Source: Octopus sinensis (lineage: Eukaryota). Taken from it: 64,000 bases of DNA. Below are positions 1 through 11,860 of this stretch, in pieces; the first letter of the stretch is position 1; every line of letters begins with the position of its first letter. Both the position numbers and the translations under genes were made by a program. Location: positions 82,026,001-82,090,000 of the forward strand of contig NC_043000.1 of the NCBI RefSeq assembly GCF_006345805.1, written 5' to 3'. The notes under the pieces were generated by a model. That model was not told where the DNA came from and made no database searches. It saw only the letters and a list, made by a program, of their open reading frames with translations.

Positions 1-199
1 TAACTCTGAAATTGGGTCCGATATGGTAATAACGGGATTTTTTTAGAAATTTCCGTCGGCTTTCTTCGAAACGCGTGCTTGTAGTGATAAATTACATGGT
101 TATTGACGTTGTGTCTATTTTCGGAATATTTTGTCATTAGAAATTTTTTCCTTTTGCCCTTACTTAAAAAATTGTATATATATATATATATATAGATAC

Positions 200-271
200 A
201 CACATACATACTTGCATGCATACATACATACATACATACATACATACATACATACATACATACATACATAC

Positions 272-330
<59 letters not shown>
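200..330. repeat. (TACA)n tetranucleotide microsatellite
   Basis: Direct tandem tacatacataca; source of the spurious HTYI-repeat ORF 131-400. Confidence 0.97.
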
Positions 331-331
<1 letters not shown>

Positions 332-557
332 GATATGAATGCGCTCGTAAAAGTTCCTATGCATCTTGTAGTCGGCTACCACCTGTTATTCCCATCTTGA
401 AGAGTAATCATATGGGATGGCTTCCCTTTGCAAATACTGATAGGGCACAGAAAGTGTGTCAATAGCCAGCTGGAGGAGGTGTCCTCCCGGGGCTACAAGC
501 CACAGTAGCATCCATCCTTAAGGGTTAGTCACATTTAAGTGGCAAATATACTTCACG

Positions 558-589
<32 letters not shown>

Positions 590-599
590 TATATATAGA

Positions 600-727
600 A
601 AGATGAATAATCTTGTTGCAGATTAATCAAAAGTTTAACCGATACCTTGGTACCTTTGAAACATGTGTAGAATGCAATAAAAGGAATTCTGTTCAATCTT
701 CGTTCAACTCCATTTCTTCAATTCACT

Positions 728-730
<3 letters not shown>
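600..730 (+). mobile_element. Decayed fragment of a hammerhead-bearing PLE terminal-repeat family (relative of 11660-11860)
   Basis: aaagtttaaccgataccttggtacctttGAAACATGTGTAGAATGCAATAA aligns by eye to minus-strand 11830-11770 aaatgttaacccatcacttgggatatcccaGAAACAGGTGTAAGAAATGCAATAA; bounded by (TA)n on both sides. Confidence 0.5.
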
Positions 731-811
<81 letters not shown>

Positions 812-1096
812 GAAATGCAAGTAGTGTACGTCTATTAGCGTATATTAATAAGTATGTAGAATGAGTGTTAGATCGGTTTACCACTAAAACTTCGGCTTGA
901 GGTGCAAATGGGAATGAGCTGTTGAAATTGCCAAACCAAGGTGGCTGGAAGCAGTACCTGGTTCAGCAGGTTTAAATAGATGGATAGATGGAAGACAGAC
1001 AAGCAAAGCTTTTGGCTTTTACTCGAGGATATTTACTTCATAGAAAAAGGGTACAAATAAAGTATAAAGTATAAATAAAGCACAGAACAGTTATGG

Positions 1097-1188
1097 TAGA
1101 TAAGCTGTTTCTGGAATACCTGAGCAAGTGGATCATGTTAACGCTTAACGAATGCATGCAATCCAAGGGATCCGTCATCGGAGAGATC
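1097..1188 (-). ncRNA. Degenerate type I hammerhead-like motif (long stem II family)
   Basis: Minus strand reads GATCTCT-CCGATGA-CGGATCC...GGTATTCCA-GAAA-CAGCTTA. Core has U4->C and stem I does not close; homologous to 11778-11860. Confidence 0.45.
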
Positions 1189-1267
1189 TCGGTAAAGCGG
1201 TACAGAGAGACAGATCACTAACTGAGGATATTGGCGGTAAAAAGAACTAGTAGTAGTAGCGTGTGTG

Positions 1268-1353
<86 letters not shown>

Positions 1354-2733
1354 GTGTGTGTGTTATGGCAATATTAGATTTCATCTATTATAACAGCTTC
1401 TTCCAGTTCAATCTATAATGTTACTCCATATGTATGATTTGATATTTGAAGTTACTGAAGAGCTAGTAATTAATCTGGCTCTGATGTTTTCTTTCTTGGA
1501 TCTTTGCGGTTTTCGTCACTGTTTACAGTTTTGTTGTAATTGTTTTCAATTTTGGTATATGGATTAAGTTTTGTATACTAATTATGAAAATGAAATTAAT
1601 TTTCCCTATAAATCCATAATCAAAAAGTCATTAGCCTTTAAGATTTGCAAAATTTTGGTATCTTAGCCAATCAGAAGCACGTATTTTACACATCAACGTG
1701 CCAAAAAACTGTGTTTCTGTAGTAACCAAAGATGCTACGCAGGCGCACAAGGAGGAGAAAGAGATACGAGAAAGATAGTCTTCTACTATAATAATATTCT
1801 TGTGTTTTTCTTCGTCACAGCATACGAATGGGAAAGGAAGGAGTGATAGATGAATAAGGAAGAAAAGGGTTACGGCAAACTGGTAGAGGGAGCGCTTCAA
1901 CTCTGTGTGAGTATATGTGTTTGTTTGTAAAAGGGTAGGTATGTGAATGTTTGTGTGCGTGTGCGTCTATGTATGTGTGTATGTGTGCGTGTGCGTGTGT
2001 GCAATGGAAGTGGGATGGTGAATATTCAGCGCTGAAAAGAAAAATCAAACAGCGTTTCATCTCTAAAATACTACGATTAGCCGTCATTTTCGACGGTACG
2101 GGGCCAGCTAGTTTATTTCATAAAATACTAGAGTTCTTGAATTTTTTTAAACTAATAAATGCTTGTTTTAAACAATGTTTTGACTGTTATTTCTAGCAAC
2201 TTCTGGTGATTTGTTTGTTTGTAGCTTTTAAATATTTAATTTGTTCGCGGATGTTTTAATGTTAACTTCATTCGTGTATATTTTAATGTTTTGACTGTTA
2301 TTTCTAGCAATGTTTTGATATGCCAATCCCCTCTTCCTGATAATAGAAGCGGCAGCAAAGGCGCTGTTTTCTGATTGGCTGAAAATTCTGAAAATACACC
2401 TGTAACATTTTTGCAAAATATTTCTGGAATAAATGAATAACAAATTCGGATTCAGTGTCAAAAAGTACATCTATGTGATACATTAAAATTCTTTTTAAAG
2501 ATAACTGTAAACAGTGGCGAAAACCACAAGGATTCTCTTTCTTTTTAAACCCCATATCTTGTTTATAATAAACTCTTACGTTTTTTTAATTTTTGTCACA
2601 CGTTAATTTATATATTAATCATCGTTTCTAAAGTCGACTTTATAGACACTGGAGATTCTGTTATCATGTATCAGTTTCAAATTTTGGCACCAGAGTGCGG
2701 TTCGATTTTAACAGTTATTGTTTCAAAGTTGTA

Positions 2734-3446
2734 TTGGAAGTGGCAAAGGAGCATATTCTACATATTTTGCGTTATGAGTTCAATAAAGGCAACAACAGAA
2801 CGGAAAGCTCGGGGAATGTTAATGCAGTATATGGGGATTGGACAATAAGCATAAGCTAGTATCAACGGTGGTTCCAGAAATTCCTAGTCGGAAACTACAG
2901 CCTAGAAGACGAGCCCCATCCTAGAAGATTTGTAGAGCTCGACGAGGATGTCCTGCATACCCTAGTAGAACAAAATCAGTCGAAACTGTTGAGGAACTAG
3001 CAGAGAAGCTTGGAGTTGGTTATTCAGTCATTTATCGACACCTGCATCTCAAGATGAAAGGTGTTCTTCCATCAGGATAATGCTCGGCCACATACAGCGA
3101 GGATGACATTCCAAAGGATGGAGCAGTTTGAATTCGAAATGATGCCCTACCCACCATATTCGCCAGGAATTGCATCATCTGATGATCATTTATTCCGCAG
3201 TCTTCAAAATCATTTGGACGGAAAAAATATATGAAAACAAGATCAGAAAGAGTATTGGAGTAGTATTTTTTGCCATAGAGCAGTGAATTTTGGAAGAGGA
3301 GCCTTGCAAGTCTTCCAGATAGATGGAAGAGGATTGTAGAAAATGAAGGAGAGTATTTTTTAGATAAAAAAATAATTTTGTTTATCTTAATTTTCAAAAA
3401 TAAAAGAGGTATAAAAAAACCACATTATTTATAGGATGACCCAATA
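2734..3446 (+). mobile_element. Internally deleted mariner (Tc1/mariner) transposon remnant
   Basis: Translated pieces: KEHILHILRYEFNKGN...AVYGD...YQRWFQKF..GNYSLEDEPHPRR (HTH region), HQDNARPH (3070) and PYPPYSPGIASSDDHLF (~3145-3196), matching the mariner HHDNARPH and YSPDLAPSD motifs; stops and frameshifts present. Putative right TIR cacattatttataggatgacccaa (3421-3444) followed by TA; left TIR not found. Confidence 0.9.
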
Positions 3447-4084
3447 AATCATAATCCAAATTTATCCAAATACCAAAATATATAGCATCGAACTATATAG
3501 GTATACTAAAAATTCTTTAACCCGTTTGCCTGGCTACTGTTGATTTTTCTGTCGTATTTTTCAGTGTTATTTGTGGTTTAAATGAGTGTTTTAACTTCTC
3601 TTTCTAGCAGGTAGGCGCCTTGTGCGCCTGTATGATTGATATAAATTTTAATTCTATAGCTATCTAATGCTAATTTAGACCTGCAACCACCTATATTATT
3701 CTTGCTGTTATTGTCAACTATTTATATTACTGCAGATAATAATAACAATAATGATATCTATATAAATATTCACTTCTGAATATTTATTCTTTATTAGTAT
3801 ATTTACACTGAAGCTGTTCTGATTTTGGAGCAAAATAATTCATAACGCCGGCAGACTTCAACGTGACGAGTTCGAAATTTTTCAATCGGTAAGACTTGCT
3901 GATGAAGGTAAGGCTTTTTGCCAGAACCAGAAATCATGATCCAAGTATATCCATATTACCAACACATATCGCATTGAATTATATAGGTATGTCAAAAATT
4001 CTTTAACCTGGTCGCCCGACTACTGTTGATTCTCTATTGTATTTTTCAGTGTTATTGGTGGTTTTAACTCCTCTTTCTAGCAGG
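3446..4084 (+). mobile_element. Partial tandem repeat (485-nt period) with a hammerhead motif; Penelope pseudo-LTR or retrozyme-like
   Basis: 3446-3612 and 3931-4084 are diverged direct repeats (aaatcataatccaaat.. vs aaatcatgatccaagt.., both ending ctctttctagcagg); the hammerhead motif sits at the junction. Confidence 0.7.
3894..3946 (+). ncRNA. Type I hammerhead ribozyme motif (predicted cleavage after C3941)
   Basis: ACTTG-CTGATGA-A-GGT aa GGC ttttt GCC aga ACC-A-GAAA-TCATGA-TC-CAAGT: 5-bp stem I, intact CUGAUGA and GAAA, palindromic stem III ATCATGAT, AUC triplet; non-canonical A·A at the base of stem II. Confidence 0.7.
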
Positions 4085-4471
4085 ATTGATACATATATAT
4101 AAATAAAGAGAGAGAAAGAGATAAATAGAGAGATACAATTAAATATATATCTACATGAGCGCGCACATGGGCGTCTGTGTGTCTGTGAGTAATATGTATG
4201 TGTGCATGTGTACATATGTATGTATGTATGTATTCACAACTTGGCACATACACATAAAAATATATAAATATTTTGGGATGCATGTGTGTGTTTGCGTGTT
4301 GTGTATATATATGGTGGTCTTTTTACCATATATGCAATCCTATTTAGTAACTATTAAAACTGATAATGACAATCACTGCAGAGCTGGTGATGGGGGTGAT
4401 GATGATAATGATGATGATGAGGAGGAAGAGGAGGAGGATGTAAAAAATGTTAACAATATTAATCATGCAAA

Positions 4472-4637
4472 TCGTCTGTCCTTACGTTCTGAGTTCAAAC
4501 GCCACCGAAGTCGACCTTTCATCCTTTCGGGAATCAATAAAATAAGTACCAGTAGAATACTAGGGTTCGGTATATTCGACTTAATCCCCTCTCCCGAAGT
4601 TTCCGGCCTTGTACCAAAATTTGAGAGCAATATTAAT
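4472..4637 (+). mobile_element. tRNA-derived SINE family A, 5'-truncated copy
   Basis: ttacgttctgagttcaaa (B box) followed by gtcgacctttcatcctttcggg..ataaaataagtaccag, shared with the full copy at 9721-9953. Confidence 0.85.
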
Positions 4638-4675
4638 CCTGCAAATTAAAAAATCGTAATAATAGTAATAATAAT

Positions 4676-4711
<36 letters not shown>

Positions 4712-4751
4712 AACAATAAAAATAATAATAATAATAATATAATAATAATAA

Positions 4752-5305
4752 TCCCTGATGCAGTATCAGGCAGTGGCTCTCGTGGCTTCTGATCTTAACT
4801 GATTGGAAGTGTTATCATGTACATTGTTTTGTCTTGGTATAAAAGATGGGCTACAGCAAATATTCTGCTCAATACCACAGATTTGCTTGTCAGTTGTTTG
4901 ACCTTAACCAGTTGAGCATGTCCCTTAGTGGCTGACAATATGTGCATCTCTGATCACGAGCAGAAGTAGTGGGGGAGCATCATAGCCATGTGTTGAGAGG
5001 GATTCTTTGGGGTTTGAATAATTCACCTCTGGAAATATGGGTGTTTCGTTCAACATCCTTAAACAACCCTTAATCAGGGACCTTTTGAGCAGGATGGGCT
5101 ACTCAACCTGAAGAAAATTCTAACTGGGCCCCACCTGCAAGGTCATGTGCTGTTTATCTTGATATGAGATCACCATGTCGCGCACATATGGTTGTGATGC
5201 ATGTGCCTGGTGTACCCTCATCAGACGGGTAGTCATGATGGGTATATTTGGCTTCGTATATTTTACCCCAGTGTCACTTTGATGGCATGAACTGCTCTCT
5301 CACTC
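4752..5305. mobile_element. ~550-bp non-coding interspersed element embedded in (AAT)n, copy 1
   Basis: Nearly identical to 30686-31163 (about 20 substitutions over ~480 bp by eye); both copies are flanked by (AAT)n and share the end ctcactc|aataataat. Confidence 0.85.
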
Positions 5306-5954
5306 AATAATAATAATAATAATGGTATGTAATATAGGCACATGAATATTAGTGCTAATGGTATGTGTCGTGGCTATTAAATCAACACCATAGGATCGCT
5401 TACTATTTCATCGACCCTTGAAGGTTGTAAAGCAAATTTGACCTTCGCTGGGTTTGAACACAGGACCTAAAAGGACATGAACACCGCATAACATAACAAC
5501 AATACTAATGTGGATGGCTCCAATTTGGTATTTTATGGTTTACTTAGGGGAGACAGAACAGCGTCATAGCCCTTTCCCTGGTGTTTCCAAGAGTGAGTTA
5601 AACTGAGGAAAGAGTTTCCCTCATACATGGGTTAACCGCAGACTAGTTTTTCTCATTTGCCAGATCGTGTATTGCCGACAGCGCCATCTATGTTTCGTCG
5701 GCGCACATGAAAATAGAAGGCAATAAGGCTAATAAATATTGCAGCTTGATTAGTAATTAACTTTTTCAGCAAGCGGCGTTAGAGTCATCTGGGATTAACG
5801 ACTCTTCTTTCTTGAACATTCATTCTGATCTTAAGATCTCAAATATCTGCGGCAAACAGAGAGAGAGAAATGTAGGTGGGAGATTAACTCCCTCCCTTTA
5901 CCACAATTTGCGACAACACCGCCAGGGCTGCATCCGGTACCATTTGTTTGTTAC

Positions 5955-6328
<374 letters not shown>

Positions 6329-6437
6329 GTAGTTAGATAGCTAGATGTGCATGTGTAGGTATATATATGTATATATAAATGCATATACACAAAGGTATAT
6401 GTATATGTGTATGTATGTATGTATGTATGTATGTATA

Positions 6438-6643
6438 TAGTAATCCCTCGCCTTATCGCAGGTCATCTATCGCGGTTTATTATTTAAGCTTACGTTGATT
6501 CCTCCGTGGTGTTGTTTTGCATTTATGATAGAATAAATATATTTTTTTTAAATATACAGTACAGTACTGTTTCTACTTCACAGATTTTCACATATCGCAG
6601 TGGAGTTTGGAACGTAACAACCGTGATAGTCGAGGGATTACTG
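6438..6643. mobile_element. pogo/Tigger-like MITE
   Basis: TIRs (T)AGTAATCCCTCG ... CGAGGGATTACTG, flanked by TA on both sides; 206 bp; non-coding. Confidence 0.8.
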
Positions 6644-7467
6644 TATGTATACACTCACAACACACACGCATATATATATATATATATATTTGGCTGCCAA
6701 ATTCAGTTTATTGAAAATTTTCAAATTTGATACATTAATGTAGTTTTCCAAGCTGAATTTTAGGAGATATTCCACTTTTTCCAGAAAATTTTCGTAAAAA
6801 ATTTATAGAAGTTTAAACTTTTTTACCCAGTCAGAAAACAAGATTTGGAAGCTGTTATTTTGTGCATGACAGCACATGTCAGCTTTAAAGAAATCAAATT
6901 CTGCTTTATGCATGCCATGTAACTCCTGATAACATTTTTATTTTTTGGAATTTTCGGAAAACTTTTGCGAATTTGTATTCTACAGACGGGAATTTATGTG
7001 ATTATCCAAACCTAAAACATAAAACTTTTGGGTGTGTGATCTAAGGCCTATTTGACTGTTATTTTTGGCACATTTAACGACCACCTGAATGAGTGGGAAT
7101 ACTTGTTAACACATGCTTTATCGCAGACAAATGAGTTTTCGTTCTAGGCTTGTTACTATGGAAACAGGCAAGGATATATCTCTGGCTTACTATTGGCTAA
7201 AATTACCCAAAATTTGCACACTTTAAAAATTGATAACACTTTATTTATTGATTTATTGCGAAAATGAATTTCAAAGAAGTGATTAACATATAAAACCACA
7301 TCATTATAGAGAATATGAAATCAATTCGAGCAGGAATCGAAGAGACTGAAAATTGGCAACCAAACAGAAAAGATCCAATAATTACTCAACGGAGCTAAAT
7401 ATTCATCAGACTGAAGATACATTAATTACATGAAAGTCACATTGTCATTAAGGAAGTTTAATTGCCG

Positions 7468-7676
7468 AACACGCCGGGCGAAATGTTTAGCGGTATTTCG
7501 TCAGCCGCTACGTTCTGAGTTCAAATTCCGCAGAGGTCGACTTTGCTTTTCATCCCTTCGGGGTCGATTAAATAAGTACCTGTTACGCACTGGAGTCAAT
7601 GTAATCGACTTAATCCCTTTGTTTGTCCTTGTTTGTCTTCTCTATGTTTAGCCCCATGTGGGCAATAAAGAAATAG
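7468..7676 (+). mobile_element. SINE family A copy
   Basis: cacgccgggcgaaatg..tacgttctgagttcaaattccgc..tttcatcccttcggggtcgat; same family as 9721-9953. Confidence 0.9.
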
Positions 7677-8382
7677 ATATAATTTGAAATGAGTGGCGTA
7701 GCCGGAAGAACACAGTAGAAAAATAAAAAGTAAAAAAAAAACAAAACAAAGAAAAGAAGAAAAAGAAAACAAATGTTTGAAGAAATAAGCTGGTCAGTAA
7801 GTAAGAAATGTGAAGGAAGGGGTAAAATATTTGTGAGTAGGGAATTGTCCAAAATTGTTAAGAATAAGGAAAATGAGAGGGGGAGAGGGGGATTTAGTGT
7901 AAGATGGATGCTGACTTTAAGGTAAGAGTCTTTGAGGATATTAAACTGGGGCCTTTTTACAGTTTACAGTAAATTAGTACAATGGTGCACCATTTATGCA
8001 GAAGAAAATTTTGAAGAGATGTAATCTCTTATTATAAAAGGCAGATTTTATCTGCCTCTCTTTGTCTCTTATAGAAATCTACAATATAGGATTTCTTCAA
8101 TTACAATTTACCTAGCATTTTTAAGAGTAGAATGCATCGGGTCGTGCCAGGTCTAGTTTTTAAAATTTCAACCCCAATTAAGCAAAATTTAGAGAAAACT
8201 CACATTGTGGTGTGTATGTCAAATGCTTTTCTTAGTGTGGGTTACAGCACACGCACACGCACACACACACAAACGGAGCGAACTGTTTCACTGACGCTAT
8301 CACCCTAATTTCTCCTTTCTCTTTGCAAGTGTGCAACGATTAAAGTGAAAACAGTGAATCCGACAGCGATAAAAAAAGTGAA

Positions 8383-9000
8383 TTGGCACCTGAATGGAGT
8401 GAAAATTTAAAAACTGTTTCTTTCGGTGATTTTTCCGAAGAAACTGGACCAAGCCACAGACTTTCCCAGAAGAGTAAAGCCTTAGACTATTTCTTTTTAC
8501 TTTTTCGAATGAGCCCATTTGAAATCATTACGGCGGAAACGAACAGTTACGCTAAACGTAAACAAAGCGAAAGAAAGGATAGTTTGTTATTTCCCACAAC
8601 CTTAAATGAAATTAAGGCCTATTTTGCCATAAATATTATTATGGGTATCAGAAAGTTACCCAGAATAACAAATTCTATCGTAAAATTTTGTTGTATACCC
8701 AACTGAATATTAGCTAATAACCCATTTTCTATAGCGATGTTTGAACAAAATTTTAATAATTTTATATATTGTTGAATATACCTGTATCTACCTGCAATTA
8801 GAGTTACTTTGTGACAAAAATTATAGTATTGGTTGAGAACATTTCATTAAATTATCTTCCAAAATTCATGTTAATATATTGATAAATAAAAAAGTTATAG
8901 TTGTTTAATGAAACCAGACTAAATTTATGATTACGTTAGAAATTAATTGAAACACATAAGGGGTGTATTTTGGTCAGAAATATAGTAACGAAAGGATTAA
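8383..9000 (+). mobile_element. piggyBac transposon remnant (N-terminal transposase fragment plus right end)
   Basis: ORF 8383-8706 GPSHRL..KALDYFFLLF..IITAETNSYA..TTLNEIKAYFAINIIMGIRKLP matches the piggyBac/PGBD-type N-terminal pattern; element ends cgaaagga|TTAA (8997-9000). Confidence 0.75.
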
Positions 9001-9108
9001 GAAAAACCAAAAAATATTTTATTCTTTATAAATGTTGTGTTCAAAATAACATTTTCTTTTAAGAATGTGTATATAACAAAGTATGTGTATATAACTACGT
9101 GGCTTATA

Positions 9109-9507
9109 TCTTTATATATAAAAGTGAAGTTGTGTGTCTGTCTCCTACGATTTAGATTCCTAACTACTCCCACATTTTGCGGTGCAGTTTAACCAAAAGC
9201 GGGTATCTTAAAGTCGTGAGTCATATCGAGCCCTTCTGGGTATTAGCGCGCGTCTACGATGAGTCTACGATTTAAAAAAAAATTACCATCATATTTTTCC
9301 ATTTTAATGCATTTTTTCGCTATTATATAGGGGAAGTAACTCTCTAAAAATATCTACGATGTGTCAACGATTTAAAAAAAAAAATTTACCTTAATTTTTT
9401 TTCCATTTTTAATGCATTTTTTTGCTATTTTTTGGCTATAATTCTCTAAAAATGCTTATATAGTTATTTCCCTTACAAACCCGAGCAACGCCGGGCGATA
9501 CTGCTAG
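9109..9507 (+). mobile_element. Non-autonomous Helitron
   Basis: Starts A|TCTTTATATATAAAA and ends CTAG|T; subterminal hairpin CCCG-agcaacgc-CGGG lies ~8 bp before CTAG; internal ~95-bp tandem duplication. Confidence 0.85.
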
Positions 9508-9720
9508 TGAGAAATAAAAAGAAAAGAAAATTTTGAAGCGTTGAATGAGAAATAAAAGAAAAAGAAGAGGTCAAAAATTTACGAGTGAGAGTTTGGTGGA
9601 ATTGTTAGGAAAGAAGAAGAGGCCGGAAAGGAAAAAGAGGGAGATCGGATTGTTTTATTAAGGAGGAGCATAGTAGTTTTAGTCGGTCGCTTACTAATTC
9701 ATTGTATATATTCATACATA

Positions 9721-9953
9721 AGGCGTTGAGCTGGCAGAATCGTTAGCACGCCGGGCGAAATGCGTAGCGGTATTTCGTCTGTCGTTACGTTCTGAGTTCA
9801 AATTCCGCCGAGGTCGACTTTGCCTTTCATCCTTGCGGGATCGATAAATTAAGGACCAGTTGCGCACTGGTATCGATGTAATCGACTTAATCCCTTTGTC
9901 TGTCCTTGTTTGTCCCCTCTGTGTTTAGCCCCTAGTGGGTAGTAAAGAAATAG
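9721..9953 (+). mobile_element. Full-length SINE family A copy with 17-bp target-site duplication
   Basis: Head aggcgttgagctggcagaatcg (A box), gagttcaaattcc (B box); TSD gtatatattcatacata at 9704-9720 and 9954-9970. Confidence 0.95.
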
Positions 9954-10219
9954 GTATATATTCATACATATTCGCGTACCCGCGCGTGTACGCGTACACT
10001 CACAATGTGCTCATAGTGTCAGCTTAGGTATACACGTGCGCGTACGCGCATGGATATTTCCATATGCAATAAAGAAGATATAAAGAGATCACAGAGTTAA
10101 GGAAATGTATAAAGACAGCTTTAAAAATATATATGTTGTAAATACATTAAAGAAATTCAAGGTGTTCGGGTGGGGGAATGTAGGAAGATTAGCTATGGAA
10201 TTATCGGGGAAGGTAGTAT

Positions 10220-11050
10220 TATTTGTACCTTAAGAAGATATTACATAATTTGTGCCGTTCATTAAGGCAGACGCTGCATTTCAAAATAGATAAAATTGCT
10301 GTGATGCAGAGGTCGCATTTGTTATAACCGTTAAGCGGTTTGGCATGGATAACAATGGACCATTTTAAACTGTATACAACTGAGTTATTTTTAGGTTATG
10401 AATGAGCGTAAATAAAGAGGTATTATTAGTTTTCGCTTGAGATCTAAAGATAGAATAGCGGTAAGTAATTGTGACCTTGAAGGTAGTGCTGCACGGGTTG
10501 TGCATACTTGGAATTTTCCGTGGAGATTGTAACTTATAGACTATATTTTTCGTAAGGCATTTATTTTGCAAGAGACGGGAAGTGGGGCATCTACAGCTGC
10601 ATAGATTTCTAAAGTGTGCTTACGCAGAGTTCGTGGGTTACCTGAGGTTAACTGGGTGTTATATTTAATATATGTCTCGGCGTTTCCATCAGTATCGGTT
10701 GTGGTGGTGAGGGAGCCGTTCGTGTGATGTAGCTTATAATAGCTCCCAATATCATTCCTATTATTCTCTCCTTCAATAGTTGGTACAGCCTAATTCGTTA
10801 GGTAGGGTTGGTTGAGGGGATTGAGTGGAGTATTAGGATTGGGATCGGTGGCGTGAGAATCGGTGTTGTTAAGAAGGTTTAATGAAGTTCTAGGGCTATG
10901 TTTGAGCTATAGGCGAAAAAGTTTTCCAGCTTATCGAACTTCGATGTGGGAAAAGCCTACAACCTTCGATGCCAATAAATTATTATTGTTCCTAAACGTT
11001 GTCTTTTATACCTGCCAAGGAATGCTCGAAGCTTTCAAACTTCCTACACT
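10220..11050 (-). mobile_element. Decayed Penelope-like element: Cys-rich linker plus GIY-YIG endonuclease
   Basis: Frameshifted minus-strand translation CSCRCPTS..LQNKCLTKNIVYK..STTFKV..NNTSLFTLIHNLK..YTV/KWSIVIHAKPLNGYNKCDLCI..ILKCSVCLNER matches the PLE linker/EN C-terminal pattern; upstream KLFRL*LKHSP and NDIGSLL resemble the PLE thumb region. Confidence 0.75.
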
Positions 11051-11081
11051 TAGATATTACATACATACACGCATATATACC

Positions 11082-11112
<31 letters not shown>

Positions 11113-11310
11113 GTCCCCAAGGACATATTCTACGGAGAGCTTGCTAGGGGTACTAGGTCTGTGGGAAGACCGTTCTTACGATACAAGGATGTTTTTAAAA
11201 GGGACATGAAGGCCTGCAACATCAATATTAGCAACTGGGAAGCAGTTGCCAGCAACCGTGGAGATTGGCGACGTACCGTAAAAGAGGGAACACAAAGGAG
11301 TGACAGGGAG

Positions 11311-11345
<35 letters not shown>

Positions 11346-11563
11346 GAGAAATGGAAAGACAAGAAAAGACGTCAACAAGAAACTATGACATTACAACCAG
11401 CCAGGAACAGTCTTCGCTACATTTGCGGCACCTGCCAGAGGGAGTGTTTGTCCAGGATAGGACTACACAGCCACAGCAGGAAATGTATTAGGACATGAAA
11501 TGTAAAAGCCGGACTAGATTATTTTATGCGCAACTCCGTTGTCTCCTGAGACAAAAAGGATGC

Positions 11564-11577
<14 letters not shown>
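11113..11577 (+). mobile_element. RTE (BovB-like) LINE 3' end, 5'-truncated
   Basis: PKDIFYGELARGTRSVGRPFLRYKDVFKRDMKACNI..W..V, then a (GA)n tract, then C2H2-like YICGTCQRECLSRIGLHSHSRKC; tail ctcctgagacaaaaggatgc(caa)n. Confidence 0.9.
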
Positions 11578-11655
<78 letters not shown>

Positions 11656-11777
11656 GGAAAAAGGACACCAAAACCAAGGCAGGACGAGTATCTCAAGTCA
11701 TTTAGAATATCTAATTAGAGCAAGGTGAATTTGAAGTGATTAACTAATGAATTAGTTCATCAATTGATTAATTATTG

Positions 11778-11860
11778 CATTTCTTACACCTGTTTCTGGG
11801 ATATCCCAAGTGATGGGTTAACATTTCTATACACTGGGTATACCGTCATCAGAGATAATG
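11778..11860 (-). ncRNA. Type I hammerhead motif with a long stem II (predicted cleavage between 11785 and 11784)
   Basis: Minus strand: CATTATCT-CTGATGA-CGGTATACCCAGTG...CACTTGGGATATCCCA-GAAA-CAGGTG-TA-AGAAATG. Stem I is 7 bp with a 1-nt bulge; core intact; GUA triplet; near-palindromic ACAGGTGT. Confidence 0.6.

Noticed and set aside
5205-5235. CTGATGAG on the minus strand of the 550-bp element as a hammerhead core
   Set aside because: It sits in the loop of a TACCC/GGGTA hairpin with no correctly placed GAAA or stem III, and copy 2 has CTGATAAG.
7400-7450. Adjacent TCATCAG and CTGAAGA...GAAA motifs
   Set aside because: No stem I, II or III pairing could be built on either strand.
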